Origin: Trypethelium eluteriae
Lineage: Eukaryota
Length of the DNA stretch: 64,000 nt
Assembly (NCBI GenBank): GCA_051942245.1
Contig: JAVECL010000004.1
Location: 1 to 64,000, forward strand
Direction: 5' to 3'
Shown here: in pieces, positions 1 through 11,564 of the stretch
Layout of the letters: each line of letters begins with the position of its first letter
Position numbering within the stretch: position 1 is the first letter of the stretch
The notes under the pieces: model-generated
What the model was told of the DNA's origin: nothing
Database searches by the model: none
Seen by the model: the letters and a program-made list of their open reading frames with translations, nothing else
Program-made: the position numbers and the translations under genes

Positions 1-662
1 TACGTGGCTACGCTCACGTGCCGGGCGCGTTTCCTGCCTGCTGCAGGCGTCGGGCTTGTGACGCTTCCAATAGGTCAAATCAATCGAGATTTTCCTTTGT
101 ATGATCCGCTCCGCTGAGGCTAAAATTGCTGTGCAATATGCAAGAGGTTCGGAGTACTTTACCTCCCCTACCCTGTTATGTGCGACAGCTCACGTGACGT
201 GACCAGCTGTCGTCCCGTCTCGTCGCGTTGCTCGAGCTGGTGCTGGCTTCTATGAAACTCGTCCATTGCCCGCCATTTCTCATCGTTTACCCTCGGACGC
301 CAGTATTACTTCACTTCGTCGAATGATGGCTGAGGATGTCATCTTTGTCTGGCCAAATGCTATCGTTGTCTATTAACAAAAGTCATGCGGAAGTCGACAC
401 CTGTTGATTCCTTCGATGGCGTTTGTCAGTAACGCGTCACCATGGATTATCTATGTATAACAGCTCGCTCTTTACGGATTGACGCTGCTGCTGGCCGACA
501 AACATGTCGAACCTGGAAGCAGCTCGCTCTGCCATTCAATGAAGCACACTTTCCCTTGGAGACCCTCATTGGTCCTCGCTTACCCTACCCTGCGTTACAC
601 GTCACATCTTTGAGTCTTGAAGCTTCTGGTAAGCTCCTTACGGGAAGCCACATTTAAGCGAC

Positions 663-2752
663 ATGACAGCTACAAGAGTACGACGGGGCCTCTTGGCCAT
701 CTCTGCTTTTGCATTCCTTGCTGGCATCAAGCTATTTATTCAACGTCCCAACAATGCATCCTCCTCCCTGGAGCTTCTCAAGAGCTGGCAGCAGGTGCTC
801 GAGCAACTTCTGGGACGGCAATCTTCGCTTAAACTATCGCCTAACCTCTTGACGACTATTTGCAGCTTGGTATTTGGAGTATGGTTTGCAATGGAAAAGC
901 GACAGGTCTGGCAAAAGTGGCTTTCTTGCGCTAAACCAGATGATGCTGGTATGCCTCACTCGTGGACTCACAATATATACTCAGCTAATCAGAGTTCCTA
1001 GAGAATGACAATATCCTACTGAAACAGCATTCGGACTTCCTTTCTTATACGCTGCCTGATAACGGCTTTACGTATCCAATGATTCGAACCTTCTACCGAC
1101 CACATCCCCAAGCAAATAAGCTTCCCTCGGAACCGGCAGCACTTCCGCTTTTGGTTTTTGTTCATGGACTCGGAGGCTCGATCGCACAATTTGCTCCTCT
1201 CCTTACAAGTTTGGTGAATGTTGGGCCCTGCCTCGGTATTGACTTCCCTGGCTGCGGACTCTCCAAATTTGAGCCAACATCATGGGACGCATACACCATC
1301 GATACTCTTACGAGGCTTCTTGCTTCTGTGATCGATCAATACAGAGATGCCAGCAAAAGTCAGGGTGTGGTGCTGATTGGCCACAGCATGGGTTCTTCAA
1401 TTGCCGCATTGTTAGCCTCATCAACCTCTCCCTATTCCCAACTTCTGTCTCACCATGTTTTGGGGTTGGTGGCTGTCTGTCCAAAAGCGACCCCTCCCTC
1501 CGAAAGGACTAGCAAGAATGTTAGGATACTTCTTAGCATGCCAACGCTCCTATTCGACCTATGGAGAAGCTGGAATAGAAGAGGAGGGACCGAGAGCGCA
1601 AGTGTCGCTAGCTTTGTTGGACCAAACGCTGACGAAGAGACGAAAAGACTGCAATTACGATTCAATGAACAGAGTCGGACACCTGTATTTCGGAGAATGG
1701 CGAGAGGTGCCTTGCCCGATTACTCGAGCAGTCCTCCAAATGGTGGCTTGCCCGGAAAAGACGTTTGGACTGGTCTTCAAGTGCCGGTGTATTTAATCGC
1801 TGGATCGGCCGATCAGATCACTCCTGTCGCGGAGCTCGAGCAGATCAAATCGGTTATGGGAAACATTACTGACAGTTCATGCCTACCGACTGATACAATG
1901 CCAGTCGCCGCAGCTCCCATCAGGATCGACTCCGTCGTGGCAGAAAAGCGATCTGACATGACTGGCGACAATAGCGAAGAGCGCGCGACTCAAGATGGGA
2001 CTTGTGACAGTCATCCAGATATCTTTCCATTTGCATGCCCACGACAGCGATTGTTGAGATCCAACGTTTTACCTCCACCAGCAGCGCATGCACTGCTCTA
2101 TTCTCCTACTACATGTAGAGTTCTAGCGGGTCTAATCGAGAATTTCTTAGCCGAATGTATTGATCAGCGGCTCTCACTGAGCTGGCAATTACAACACCTG
2201 GCGACTGAAGGGAAGTGGGACGTCAAGAACCTTCAAAAGTGGCAGGGTGTCGCTCCCGTGTCCAAGCCCATTGGCAACAGCTTTCGAGCTATGAAGACAA
2301 TGCGAGAGGTGGACGAGCTGCACTCGCCAGCAATATTTGTTCAACAATGGCAAGGGAAGGTTTACGCCGTCATCGACATTAGTTCCGGCGAGCCTGTCTA
2401 TGCTCCGGAGGGACTTGAGAAGGGCGGGATCAAATACTATAAATTTGCTACTATTTCAAAGCAACCGCCGACGGCTGAGGAGGTCAGGGATTTTATTGCT
2501 TTAGTTGATAAAGTCAAGGGCTCGACAGCCACAGAAGACAACCGGGCAGGAAAGCTCATTGGTGTCCACTGCCATTATGGGTTCAACCGGACGGGGTTTT
2601 TCATCGTGTCTTACCTCGTGGAACGCGAAGGGTATCGGGTCGAAGATGCGATCGAGGAGTTTGCAAGGCAAAGGCCTCCCGGAATCAGACACGAGCATTT
2701 CATAGATGCCTTACATTTGCGCTTTGTTGGATTTCAAGCAACCGACTTTTGA
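663..2752 (+). CDS. Alpha/beta-hydrolase fused to C-terminal cysteine (dual-specificity/DUSP11-like RNA 5'-) phosphatase; 2 exons (663-948, 1002-2752)
   Basis: Intron 949-1001 (gtatgc..gctaat..ctag) joins ORF 663 in frame to ORF 1079. Motifs: FVHGLGG oxyanion loop, GHSMG nucleophile elbow, GSADQITP Asp, AAHALL His, C-terminal VHCHYGFNRTG P-loop. Hydrophobic segments in exon 1. Confidence 0.88.
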
Positions 2753-3020
2753 AGTGTAACCATTATTAGCTAGCGAAGATACCCCAGTAGCCCTCTGTCT
2801 ATGTAGAATTGATTCATTTCAGGTACTTAGCATCTGCACTTCTAGTTTGCCTTAACATGCTTACCTTACTCGTCTCCAATTGGATAGTGAGCGGCAGAAT
2901 CATACACTGCGAGAGCGGTGTCGACTCCGCTCCACAACCGCACATTTTCGCATTTACACATTTGCAAATTCGGGCCTCGCGATTTCCCCCATCTGCATCT
3001 ACATATCCACATCCGTCAAA

Positions 3021-3690
3021 ATGCCCGGCGTCAGTGTTCGCGATGTCCCTGTATGTCCTCTGAGTCTCGAATCTCGCGTAGCAGCTTGCTAATGCCCTTC
3101 TCAGGCAGACAAATTCATAGACGCCTATGCAGCTTTCCTGAAGCGCCAGGGCAAACTGCCCATTCCCGGTTGGTCTGCCTGAATCCCGTGGCTGGGGGAT
3201 ATAGACTTGCCATGGCTCGGAAATCACAAAGCTGACGAGTGGCGTCTATTATCTACAGGATGGGTTGATACAGTAAAGACCTCGCATGCGAAGGAACTGC
3301 CGCCTCAAAATATTGATTGTCAGTGAATCTGAACTACTCATTCGAAAACTCAACTTCCTGCTGCAGATTACACTGACCAACTGTATGGAAATAGGGTACT
3401 ACGTCCGCGCTGCCTCTATCGCTCGCCATATCTATCTACGCAAGACTGTCGGCGTGGGCCGCCTCCGCAAGGTCCATGGTTGCCAGAAGAACCGAGGCTC
3501 TCGTCCCTCCCACCATGTCGATGCCTCAGGGAGCGTCGATCGTAAGGTGATGCAGAGTCTGGAGAAGATCGGCGTGCTAGAGCAGGACGAAGACAAAGGC
3601 GGCCGAAGGATCACACAGGGTGGGCAGCGAGATTTGGATCGAATCGCCCAGATGACGCTCGACCAGGAGGAAGAGGAAGAGGAAGAGTAG
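3021..3690 (+). CDS. RPS19: 40S ribosomal protein S19 (eS19); 4 exons (3021-3050, 3105-3168, 3259-3318, 3395-3690)
   Basis: Spliced product MPGVSVRDVP-ADKFIDAYAAFLKRQGKLPIPG-WVDTVKTSHAKELPPQNIDW-YYVRAASIARHIYLRK...GQRDLDRIA; GT-AG introns with branch sites. Confidence 0.97.
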
Positions 3691-4292
3691 ACTTGTGCTA
3701 TTGAGTCAACATATCAACGAAAGGAATAGCTTGTTGATCATAGCTTCGGCTACTGCATACGGGAACGGCGTCTGTTCGGTCGATTGAGCTAGCCCTAGAG
3801 TTTCAAACTATTCTGCAGGAAACCTCTGCGTAACCGTCCCTCCTGTTCTACATTTTTTGCTCTGGAATGGCTCTGGTCTTGCGAGGCCTTTGTAACTTCC
3901 CCCTCACTCCTCATCTCTATCAAAGCTCTAGACGTAGCGGCGTACAGGCCAACGTGACGAGCCCGTTCCAACTGTCTAGCCAGCATGGTCCCTTGTCTCG
4001 TACCGAAACTGCTCGTAGAGCGACTACAGGGGTCAAGAAGGGAAAGGAAACAGACCCGGGACGATGATTATTTTGGAGATGGTCGAGAGAGGAGAGACAA
4101 ATTTGATGTTGGATCAGTCTGCCTCGTCTTTCAATATTCTACAGGGGTGTCCTAAGCTCGCAACCAAAGTCTGAAAGTTTGAATAAACTTGACGATATGC
4201 CCGTTCGCTTATAACGACAATGTGACCCAGACGAACACGAAACGTATATCAAATATCCAAATATCTTTAGTCACTCCCTCACAGGTTCTCTC

Positions 4293-5244
4293 TTATGGAA
4301 ACTCCTCCCCAATAGTAATATTCGTCTTGGTGGGAAAGACCTTGCTGATCTTTATGCCGACATAGAACTGCCCCGGGACATCGGAGTCGCTGACCGTCTC
4401 GCTTGCGACAAAGACGCTGTTTTGCAGATTTGCGTACTTAGCGCTGCCGCCTCGAAAAGTTGGTACCCAGACTATGATTTCGACGTCAGCAAGACTGTCG
4501 AAGAAGACAAAAGTTGACACCGGGAAGACTTGGGCAAGAGACAAGACCTCGGTTTCCACTGCAGACGTCCCCGTCAGTAGAGCCGGATTGTCACCTTTCT
4601 CGCGCTTTGTGCCCAGCTCCCATGATAATCTGTCCAAAGCCGACCTTCAAGGCCATCTCTTCAAACTCGTAAATGTTCTACATACCGGAGTAAGTTTCTC
4701 CGTACGGCACCGCCAGACCGGTCGTTTCATTGGTAGCCACAATTGCATCCAGTTGTTGCGTCCCGACCTGAACGCCCGAGACCTGCATCTGAAATGGCGT
4801 GTCCCCGTCATCCGGCTGCACAACGCCACTTACACCTGGGCGCGCAATACTGTCGCCTGTCGGGTCCTCGGTTAGGTAGTCTTCGCCGTGGAGGAAGGTG
4901 GCTGTGAAGCTGGGTTCAAACTAGAGGCATGGGAAGCATTTGGGTTAGTGAGTGGAAGTGATTTGGAGGCAAACAAGGTAACACAATACATACGCCTGGC
5001 TCGGAGAAGAGACGGCCTTCGAGGACCTGCCCAAGGGCGAGACTCCCACCCGTGCTAAGATTGCCGAGATTTTCCTAGGCGAGCTGGTAAGCGAACTGAG
5101 CACTTGGGAGCTCCTCAGACATGCGCACCACCTGCTTCACTGTAGCCTGAAAACATGCTCATCAGTGCTGTGTTCGGATCATGAATGGAGGGGGCTACAG
5201 ACGTTGAAGAAGAGCGCAGGGACTAGATAGTTGAAAGAATACAT
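4293..5244 (-). CDS. DUF3237-like (AOC-barrel fold) protein, 5 exons including a 15-nt microexon
   Basis: Hand-spliced: MYSFNYLVPALFFN-ATVKQ-ENLGNLSTGGSLALGQVLEGRLFSEPG-FEPSFTATFLHGEDYLTEDPTGDSIARPGVSGVVQPDDGD...YGETYS-VWVPTFRGGSAKYANLQNSVFVASE... This matches the GxD(Y/W)l..R..v..xDDG and pxF..xkYaxLnxxvFV pattern I associate with DUF3237. Confidence 0.72.
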
Positions 5245-5420
5245 CTTGTTTCGAAACTTTTCAACTTTTGTCTTAGAAAGCCGCGGATAGGGACTGAGCG
5301 AGGAAAAAAATGTAGAAAATGGCTCAACTTATATATTGCCTCTATTGCCTATCTTTGTATATCCAGGATACTGGCGTATTCCGATACACTATAATGTTTG
5401 TAAGACCCCAAATCTTACGA

Positions 5421-5437
5421 CGGTGAAAATTTCACCG
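5421..5437. promoter_or_regulatory. Palindromic CGG-N11-CCG (Gal4-geometry Zn2Cys6 site) in a divergent promoter
   Basis: CGGTGAAA-A-TTTCACCG has 8-bp perfect inverted arms and lies between the genes starting at 5244 (-) and 6176 (+). Confidence 0.4.
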
Positions 5438-6175
5438 GTGATGTGCATTTATGAACAACTAAAATTGGCAAGATCTGAATCGACATCATTAAGTTGTGTT
5501 GCTCAATAAGTTGCGGCTCAGAAAGGTGGAAGATACTAGTGGTCGAGTAAGCAGAGCCTTTGAGGTCTTTGGCTTGACCTAATTTCCTCCGACCCTAGGA
5601 ATGCGAACCCGAATGCAACGCTCTCCCGCCATTGGGGGCCCACAAACGTCACCATAAAGACAAAAGACTGAGTGATGGGAGACACTAGCCACTGATATAC
5701 TTTACATCTGCAGTGATCTCCTCAATCGCCCATCGACCACAGGAGCTGATGACCGGTGAGATGAGATCGGTAGCGGTTTGTCTCTCCTTTTAAGCCTAGT
5801 CACAGATTGACTACCATGACAATAGTCTTTGAGTATCCACGGAAATAGGAAATTGCAGGATATTCACGCGGTTGCGCGGGCGACAATTGCGGCACCGTCC
5901 TATTTCCGTAGTCCTCGTGTGCAATCCCTATGCGAGCTGAAGGTCCTTAGAGGGACTAGCAGATGTGTAGACAGGGAAGAGTCATCATCTTGAATCAGAA
6001 AGCACCTCTGGATGTGTGCTAACTCCGAGCTGACCATTCAGCTGAGCTTTTCCGATCAAGACAATCCGCGCTCGCGAATGGCTGCATAAAAGCTTTCTTC
6101 ACCAGCATTCGCTCCCTCTTTTCTGCAACTTCAAAGCATCAACTTAGCCACAGCACCATTCTTTTCCCTTTGAAG

Positions 6176-7217
6176 ATGCAGTCTTTGGCTTTGGATTTTG
6201 TCTTCTTCCTCACTGTCTTCACTGTCCCCATTCTCGCCCATGCCCTCTCCTTTCCCAACTCATCCGACTCGGCTGTTGGTGTACTCTGGACATTTCCGAA
6301 TGAGACATGGATAGAGAATCTCGCGGTTCGTCACACTGGTGAAATACTCTGCACTTCACTCAATCGCGCCGCGCTGTACTCTATCAACCCCTTTTCGCAT
6401 ATCGCATCAACCGTGCATCAGTTTGAGGCCGGCGATGGACTTTTAGGGATTGCAGAGATAGACTTCGATGTCTTTGTTGTGGCTTCCGCCAATGTGTCGT
6501 TGACAACGAGCACAGCGGAAGAGGGCTCTGCCAAGATGTGGAAGGTAGACTTTAGGCAACTGGTAAGCAATGACACGCGAAAGCAAAGAATGGATCTGCT
6601 GATTGACTTTCCAGGAGCCAAAAGTTTCCCTTGTAGCAAATTTGGTTGATGTGGGCTTGCCTGATGGTATAGCAGTGCTACCCGATACAAGAAGGCTCGT
6701 CCTTTTGGCGGATGCAGCAAAGGGTGTTGTCTGGAGTGTCGATACCGAGTCTGGAGACTATGCAATCGTGACTCAAAACGAAGCCTTCATTCCCACAAAT
6801 TCACAAATTCCCCTGGGCATTGATGGAATCCACATATCGAATGGATATCTCTTCTTCACTAACTTTGGTAATAATCTTCTCGGCCGACTTCAGATCAGCG
6901 TCAATGGAACTGCTCGCGGGCGCGTTGAGACTATCGCAAGTCTGGCTCACCCTGACGATTTTGCTGTTGCAAAAAATGGGCTTATTTACGTAGCTGGCGA
7001 TAACACGTTGTATAGAGTGAGCCTTAACGGAAGTGTCAGCATACTCGCAGGAGGCTCGAACGACCCCACGTTGGAGGGTTGTACATCTGCCCAGTTTGGG
7101 AGAACTTCGTTAGACAGGGATGTCCTGTACATCGGTACAAACGGCGGCATATTAAGTCCTGTGGATGGCATTCATGGAGGACAGGTCCTTGCGCTCAACG
7201 TTGGGCTATTCGATTAG
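6176..7217 (+). CDS. Secreted six-bladed beta-propeller protein (SMP-30/gluconolactonase-like; resembles AsR5/EupF-type family); intron 6563-6614
   Basis: Signal-peptide-like N-terminus (LDFVFFLTVFTVPILAHA). Propeller blade motifs WIENLAVRHTG, LPDGIAVL, LGIDGIHI, HPDDFAV, CTSAQFGR. The gtaagc..ttccag intron restores frame. Confidence 0.8.
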
Positions 7218-7497
7218 TTGAAGTACGACCGATGGGCTTATGGGTGGGATTGACAGGTGTAAGAATTAAATCATCGATGCTTTCGAGGAATTAAGATATC
7301 TGCGGCTTCGGGGACATGATATGCTTTATTTTTCCTCAAAACGCCCTCACGTGGTCATCCGAGTAATAAAACGTTACTAAGAACGGAAGCCGCGTAAGGT
7401 CTGGCAAGCAAAGCTCTTGGAGCTTGTTGGCCTGGCTTCATTGTACGCTCACTCACTGTTGTCCTTCGCTTGTACTGTGTCGTTCATTTGATCGTAA

Positions 7498-8412
7498 CTA
7501 TATTGGAGGCTTTCCCATCACAGCATAACCGTCCAGATTCGTGTCATTTGGAATGTTGCTGGAGCCAGTTCCCTCTATCGCTGGAACTGGAACAGTGAGC
7601 TGATTCTGTCGGGCGCTCGGGAGATACGCTCTCAATGTTCCACACAGGATGATGTCTTCCCCAAGCGGATGCCATTTTGGATGCTGCAATCGGAGCTGCT
7701 TCTGCTTCTCTTTGCGTTCGGGCGAAATGGTGACGCCGCCTTGACCGAGCCATGTGGGGGCAATTGTCAGTATGACAGAGGAAATCAGCTCTACCTCTGG
7801 GGGAACGAGCAGCGAGTTGATGATACTGCCGCCGCCCTCGATCATGAGGCTATGCAACCCTTCGTCCCGGAGGGCGGTAAGGATGGAATTCCAGCCGAAG
7901 CGGAAGCCGTCATCCGTCATGGCGTCTTCAAACCCCATGTAAATGTATTTACCTCCAGCTGCTTCTAAAGCCTTTCTTTGACCGAATGGTGGATTGGATT
8001 GGATGCAGACGATGTATGGAGCTTTCCCCTTTCCTTGCTGAGCGAGAGAAAGACACTTTGACTTTGCAACATCCCAGCGGACTACTGGGTCAATGACGAC
8101 AGGGCGAGGCTGCTGTTCCAATGTGATGCCTTCGAGACGACAATTCAGACTTGGATCATCTGCCATGACAGTACCGACCCCTACCAATATTGCTTCATGA
8201 CGCGAACGCAAGTAGTGTGTCATGGCCTTTGACTCGGGACCTGACAGGATAGTCTGGACGCCTGGCGAAAGAGAGATAGCAGAATCGAGGGAAGTTGCGA
8301 ATGTGAGGGTACTGAAAGGGAGGGAGCCATGATTCGCTGGCGTTCGTGGGGGAAGATAAGGCTCAAGGACTTCCCGATCGTAAGGCGAGAACACCAGGGC
8401 AGAACTACCCAT
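7498..8412 (-). CDS. RIB7: 2,5-diamino-6-ribosylamino-4(3H)-pyrimidinone 5'-phosphate reductase (riboflavin synthesis)
   Basis: RibD_C motifs TLTFATSLDSAI, THYLRSRHEAILVGVGTVMADDPSLNCR, SLMIEGGG. Confidence 0.93.
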   Translation of the reverse strand: MGSSALVFSPYDREVLEPYLPPRTPANHGSLPFSTLTFATSLDSAISLSPGVQTILSGPESKAMTHYLRSRHEAILVGVGTVMADDPSLNCRLEGITLEQQPRPVVIDPVVRWDVAKSKCLSLAQQGKGKAPYIVCIQSNPPFGQRKALEAAGGKYIYMGFEDAMTDDGFRFGWNSILTALRDEGLHSLMIEGGGSIINSLLVPPEVELISSVILTIAPTWLGQGGVTISPERKEKQKQLRLQHPKWHPLGEDIILCGTLRAYLPSARQNQLTVPVPAIEGTGSSNIPNDTNLDGYAVMGKPPI

Positions 8413-8926
8413 CGTGCAAGTAGGTATGTATGGAGGTGTTGAGAAATAATATGCCCTGTTCGTAGACTTCAGTGAATTCGACTCGAACGTGATAATATAC
8501 CTGCTGCAGCCGCAACGTGGTGGGGAGAATCCATCTCAAATAAGTCCGGCAAAACGATCAGACCCTCAAATTACGCCAAGCTGAGTCACCGTTCAGCGCG
8601 ATAATTTGAGTGAGCAAGAACAACCTGACGGGCGGCAGAAGCAATTAATGGTTGCCAGAGTGCTTATGGAAGTGTTGGTTTAGCTGAATCTTGCCATTAG
8701 GTGGGGGTCTAGACGCACAAAATCCGGCCGCAAATATATGGCCGAGGTACATACAACGCGTCTTTCGCTTTCCAACATCTCACGAATTGCGAAAGCGCAA
8801 ATGCGATTTATCACTCTGGTCCCGCGGAGATAATTATGGAAGTCGGCCTCCCTTACAAAAATCCTCTATTACGTTGCACTGGCCCGATCGGCTTCAATTC
8901 TCGCTTCATCGTGCTGTACGTTGAGC

Positions 8927-9691
8927 ATGGAGACGCGACCGAACCATCTCCCACCCCAGAAACTTCGCCAGGCCCGTGCAGCCTTCAGGAAATCCGGGGG
9001 CCAACCGCGACTTTCGGATCGAGAATATCGCGAGCTCCAGCGAGGTGCTGAACTACAACAACGGGCAAACAAAATTAAAGAGTCGGAGCGGAGGAAGAAG
9101 CTAAATCGACAGAAAAGGGCAGAAAAGGAACAACAGGAGCGTGAGGCCAAGCGCCAAAAATTGTTGGAGGACCAGGAGAAGGGAAAGATGTTTCTTGGGT
9201 CTACGCAATTCCCCAGGAGTCAGTTCCGAATTGAGAAGTTCATAACGGCGCTGGACGGGACGAGGGAGGAGACAAAAGTGGCGGAGAAGCTAGAAATCTC
9301 CGCAGAGCCATGGGATGAGGACGATGTCGATGATGTCTCCCTGCTGGAAGTTCTGAATACCTGCGAGGCTTCAGCAGAATCACCTGCAACTCTCGCACAC
9401 TCTACCAAGAGGCGTCGACTCTCACAGCGTACCTCAGATGGTTTTGATCTTGATTTTGGGCTAATATCGACGCAAGACTTCGCCGCAGTAAACCTTGAGC
9501 TCCCACAAAACCCTCTGATCAAGCCATCCATCACTACAGGACAGAGAGTCGGGCAGCAAGACCGCGAGATCATGCCACCACCAGCTGTTTGCCCACAGTC
9601 GAGCTCCAAGCAATGTCCACCCCTCTCCAGCCTCGGGATATCTACACAAGATCTCGACCTTCTCGCTCTGGCGGAGTTTGAGCCTTACTGA
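8927..9691 (+). CDS. Hypothetical protein with basic coiled-coil N-terminus and S/T-Q-rich tail
   Basis: Open frame of ~254 aa divergent from RIB7, with a K/R/E coiled-coil and repeated ISTQD motifs. No recognised family. Confidence 0.7.
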   Translation: METRPNHLPPQKLRQARAAFRKSGGQPRLSDREYRELQRGAELQQRANKIKESERRKKLNRQKRAEKEQQEREAKRQKLLEDQEKGKMFLGSTQFPRSQFRIEKFITALDGTREETKVAEKLEISAEPWDEDDVDDVSLLEVLNTCEASAESPATLAHSTKRRRLSQRTSDGFDLDFGLISTQDFAAVNLELPQNPLIKPSITTGQRVGQQDREIMPPPAVCPQSSSKQCPPLSSLGISTQDLDLLALAEFEPY

Positions 9692-9745
9692 GACATGTGC
9701 TGGGCGTTAATCCCGAAAGCCCCTCCCATGCCACCAGACTCACAA

Positions 9746-10666
9746 TTAAGAACCGCTCTCGGCAGGGAGAGCAATACATTCAATCTCGACGGGGACACCC
9801 TTCGGTAGCTGGGCGACCGCGATGCAGCTCCGCGCTGGCTTATGCGCGAAATGCTTCTCATACACTTCATTCACGGGCGCGAAGTTGGCCATGTCGGTCA
9901 AGAAGACGGTCGTCTGCACATCATATCACGGAATATCAGCAACCATGCATATTGCGCTATGCCGGGCATGCTATTCCCAGCTCTTCATCATTTTTGGGGG
10001 TTCTCACCTTGACGACCCGGCTCAATGCGCTGCCTGCTTCCGTCAAGATTGCTTCGACGGCCTTGCAGCATGCCTCCGCCTTGTCTTGGATGCTGCCTTC
10101 GACGAGAGTTCCATCGGACAGCGCGGGGATTTGGCCCGAGACGAATATCAGGTTACCAGTGTGGATTGCTTGGGTCTGGAATTTCATGAGCCATCATGGA
10201 TTAGCTAGTGATACTGGCGTTGCAGCGGCTATGGTATAAGGCTAGCGCTAATAAGTAGGAGAAGTGGATGGGCGAGGACCGGTGACTGCTGGCTCGGGTA
10301 TATGTAGGGAGGATCGAGCGATTGGTGAGTTTGGAGGTGAAAGAGGGGAAGAAGGGAGGAGAGCATAGGCATACGTAGGGCCCAGCAGCTGTGGACACAC
10401 ATGGCTGATTAGTGCAGGTCTTTTCCAAAGCCTCGAAGCTTTAATTATTTTGAAAGTAGCCTGTAGATGTACTTACGGGGCGCGGCTTTATCTGTATGCA
10501 CCTTCTTCATATCCGACATTTTGCAATGCTGCTGGAGCTGCAAAGCGGGGTGCTCAGGCTTGCGAACTTTGTAGAAAGCGGGAAAGTGCGCTTGGTGTGG
10601 TTGAAGATAGATTGATGAGAGGATAAAATGGCGACTGAACGTGGCTGTGCGGGCACTGAGAGACAT
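9746..10666 (-). CDS. RidA/YjgF/UK114 (L-PSP) family imine deaminase, MMF1/HMF1-like; multi-exon, alternative start at 10519
   Basis: Spliced [26 protein letters not shown]...VVK-...[25 protein letters not shown]; 14-nt exon at 10375-10388. Confidence 0.9.
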
Positions 10667-11564
10667 GGAAAATCTGCCCCGGGACTAGGTATCTAGGTAG
10701 GTACAATGGCCGCAAAATGTCACGAGTGGGCCAGTGTAGAGTCGAGAACTTACCTTATGTGCTCCATATACAGCTAGGTAAGGTAAGTGGGGTCCGATGG
10801 CGGGGTTGAGAAATTCAAGGTTGATGGTGAAGCAATGCACTCGGAAACGTCTGCAGTGCTGAAAGGTCAAGGTCCCACCGTACATCCATACAAGTCAATG
10901 TGTTGAGCAGCAGTGTCTCACCCACATCTGCACGATAGTGTTTTCCCGTAATATTTGTGGGTCGGATAGATATAGAGGCTCAGACACAGGAGCTCCCATC
11001 TCTAAGGAATATTGGTTACTTACTACAACAATGTTCTAGACTGCTGATCATCTGCATCATGACTATCACGTCTTAGCGATTGAAGGAGAACGTAAGACAA
11101 TGGGTCTAGACACATCTTGGGGACTCTAGCAGGGAACTATCATGGCTTTGATCGATCACGGACCGGAGGCAGTGCGATCAATACTTGTGAGTTACAAACT
11201 CTTCGTCAGAAATCTCGTATTAGATAGCTTAGGAATGCGTAAAAAATATGTATGTTGAAGAGTGATACTTCGAAGATTCATATCCGAAATGTACCTTAGC
11301 GACCATCACGGGACGCCCGAACGCCGAACCCCTTCTACGGCATTTTGATCCCTTGACTCTATTCCCGAGTGACGACTATATCATCGGCCTACATTTCACG
11401 TAGGATCCAGCGAATCTCAAGTATACAATGTTCATCTACACGCAGTCAGGACAATTAGCTTCGTGGCCTGGTAGTGGTTCGTCGAGCTCGGGTCGAGAAA
11501 TAACTCGCGAGGATGATCCACAGGTGGTGAAATGTGGAGATTTGAGTGTCTATCGACGACTCGC

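Noticed and set aside
442..657. 71-aa ORF ending 5 nt before the ATG at 663 (uORF or extra exon)
   Set aside because: It has no recognisable protein features and the TSS is unknown, so it cannot be distinguished from chance.
10681..10790. Clusters of TAGGTA/TACCTA-like words (also ~16636, ~16826, 36534-36553)
   Set aside because: This is a common low-complexity intergenic motif in filamentous ascomycetes, with no regular period or spacer structure.
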